Translations under genes and position numbers: made by a program
Notes under the pieces: generated by a model
Database searches by the model: none
What the model saw: the letters and a program-made list of their open reading frames with translations, nothing else
Told to the model about the DNA's origin: nothing
Assembly (NCBI GenBank): GCA_030141605.1
Contig: JAQGDQ010000925.1
Coordinates: 1 to 64,000, forward strand
DNA length: 64,000 nt
From: Tubiluchus corallicola
Taxonomy: Eukaryota; Animalia; Priapulida
Direction of reading: 5' to 3'
In this document: positions 61,716-64,000 of the stretch, one piece after another
How the letters are laid out: each line of letters begins with the position of its first letter
Numbering within the stretch: position 1 is the stretch's first letter

Positions 61716-63500
61716 CAGGTTCAAAGAGTTTCAGTCTACAGACTTCGTGTCTTTTGTGTCGACATTAGAAAATTTATATTGTTCTGAGGTTGAACTATTT
61801 TGAAGTGCGTGCGTTATATTACGCTTGTTATACAGAGTAAAAAAACTATACAGAGTAAAAAAAACTCCAAAAATCCACCAAAGTGACATGCTCAAAACTG
61901 TTTGTTCAAACTGTATAATTTTCAGCTTGTTAAGTTTTGATATCATCAGACACTCACAGACAGTCCTGTACTTCTAAGACTTTAACAGAGTGCCGACTCT
62001 TATCTTAACCTTGTGGTAAAATTAAGCGAATGTCGCGAAAATTAATCTTTAACGATATCTGAATTGAGTTGTTCAACTTGTTCGTGAACTTGAGAAATCT
62101 AAACGAGTTTCAAATCAGTCCAGTTGGCTTTTGTAGTTTTGTAACATGTTATTCGTTCATTTTGAATAGAAAAATCGCCGAATCGCAGCATAGTAGTTGA
62201 TTGCCGCGAAATTAAATTCAGCTTTTCCTTAGCAACAATATCGTCGATTAAGTATGTGTATAAATAACACGAGAAAGTGCTCGCATTAAAGTACTAGCTG
62301 GGATGGTTTATGTGCTTTGCGATTTCGAATTTGTTTTGCCTGTTCGTAGTTTACTGATCGTCTGAGAGATTACTGAGTGTATTAAAGCATTACTGTTGAT
62401 CCGTAACAAAGTATGTTATAATATCTAGCTAGCTAAATGACTGATCGTTATTGCGAAGGATCGAACGATTGATTTTGACTTTTATAAACGGCTGGGAACA
62501 TTTTTGGTTCGTTTTGTTTGCCTAGAATGTTGTGTCACGGTTAGTTCTCGTATTCTCGATTACACAGTATTATTTGAAGAATGCCACGGATCTAGATTTA
62601 TTTGTGAAACTGGGCAGAACTAAACGCGACCGCAAGGGATATGATAGTACTGTAGTGCCTGTGCTAAGCACTGGTTTATTATTATGGAGGATAGACAAAA
62701 TTTTCACGTTTGACTTCATGCATTCACAGCACATTGTTATCCGGGAAGTGTTTAACCGTGATTTCGTCGGAAATGTATGCGTTCGAAATGTTCGAATTTT
62801 CGCCATTTTATCGGATAAACCTAAGTGTGTAGGCGTGTGACGTATAATTGCTTAGCCATGAATTTTTACGTAAAGTTGATACCGCTGCTAAAGGTAAAAT
62901 ATTTCTTAGTACTCCATTGTTCTTTTACAAAATTTAGGTAATGCGATTTTGCTGGTTTTCACATTTTGAAAAAAAATACTGCTGTTCCCCCGTATGTATT
63001 AGTAATCGAGTGATACCACCAGAAACATCGTATAGAGTCTTCTTATTGGTACTTTAAACGAAAGATTGTATTGTTGAAGTTTTGTGTACAGTAGCAAAGT
63101 TAAAGTTTGATATTGTGCCGCTTTTATTCACAGTGGAAATTCATAATACAGGAAAATTGACCTAGGTTATGTACAAGGTGTTAAAATTTAAGTGTTGCAC
63201 TGTGCTTTACTCAGTATTACTGACTGTTGATCTAAATGCACTTGAACTACATTAGGTACTTCATTTATGTAGCGAATGAAAGTGGTTACAGTATATGCTT
63301 AGATACAGTATATGCAAAGTTAAGCAGTGACGAACTTGGTTAGTAACTGGCTGGGTGATAGTTGGGAAAACTACTTAGCGATTTCATCTATTTCTTTGAG
63401 GCAGGATGTATAAATGAACCATGATGAGACAATCGTCGTTAATTACATCATGACTGAATGTCATAAACGTTCATAAACCATTACGGTTTATGTTACAGCA

Positions 63501-63845
63501 GGGGCAATGAGTTGAAAAAAGAAAAGATACGCTGAAAAATTTTGCACTAGTCAAGATTTAAACTCGAGACTCCTGTCCTCTGGTCACCAGAGCAACCAGT
63601 TCAACATGACAGAGCAGGCCCGAAATTTCATCCTTGTAGTAGACAATTCAATAGCAACACCTCTACCCATGACAATAATGGGATACTTATAGTAGCAACT
63701 TTTTTCGGGCCTGCTCTGTCACGTTGAAGTGGTAGGACAGGTGGTAGAGCATGGGAGGTCTAATCCCATTCCCAGGTCTCAAGTTCAAGTCCCAGTTGGT
63801 TCACAAATTTTTCAGCATCTCCTTTCTTTCGTCAACTTATTACCC
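63501..63845. repeat. ~345-bp imperfect inverted repeat made of two divergent tRNA-SINE-like copies
   Basis: ttcaacatgacagagcaggcccgaaa (~63600) pairs with tttcgggcctgctctgtcacgttgaa (~63703). The right arm carries gtggtagagca (A box) and gttcaagtccc (B box). Confidence 0.7.
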
Positions 63846-64000
63846 ACAATTGGTAATAATTGTTGTGAAATAAATCGCGATGGTTTCTGAACATTTTGGC
63901 ATTCATGGTCATTTGCCAGTTAATTTGACAAAAAAAGCATGTTAAGACGCCGCTTCCATTTCAGGGTTTCTCGGAGAATACTGATGATCATGAGCTACAT

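Overview
AT-rich, intron- and repeat-rich eukaryotic DNA from an animal, most likely a non-arthropod invertebrate (inference from gene content, a Meta-domain-like SINE and TTAGGG-type repeats). There are no prokaryotic features, and most short ORFs in the track are noise. Four protein-coding genes can be assembled by hand. (1) A 3-exon minus-strand gene (11471-6840) encodes a 116-aa secreted protein: signal peptide, one EGF domain, then a CxC motif and short Gly-X-Y tail. (2) A complete 3-exon repulsive guidance molecule (RGM) gene lies on the plus strand (18387-29772, ~428 aa). (3) A small spliced plus-strand gene starts at 40698 behind an ETS/NRF1/CCAAT promoter and encodes a disordered protein with adjacent D-box and KEN-box motifs. 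(4) A 618-aa single-coding-exon secreted protein on the minus strand (46047-44191) has both 5-Cys clusters, an N-terminus and a C-terminus that align by eye with vertebrate clusterin. It adds an internally duplicated Cys module, an 8-residue Phe-periodic region and two furin sites, and is the most interesting observation in the window. The rest is decayed LINEs (RTE, CR1, CRE, L2-like), tRNA-derived SINEs, MITEs, an inverted pair of degenerate hammerhead-like motifs and long microsatellites. All homology calls are by-eye recognition, not database searches.
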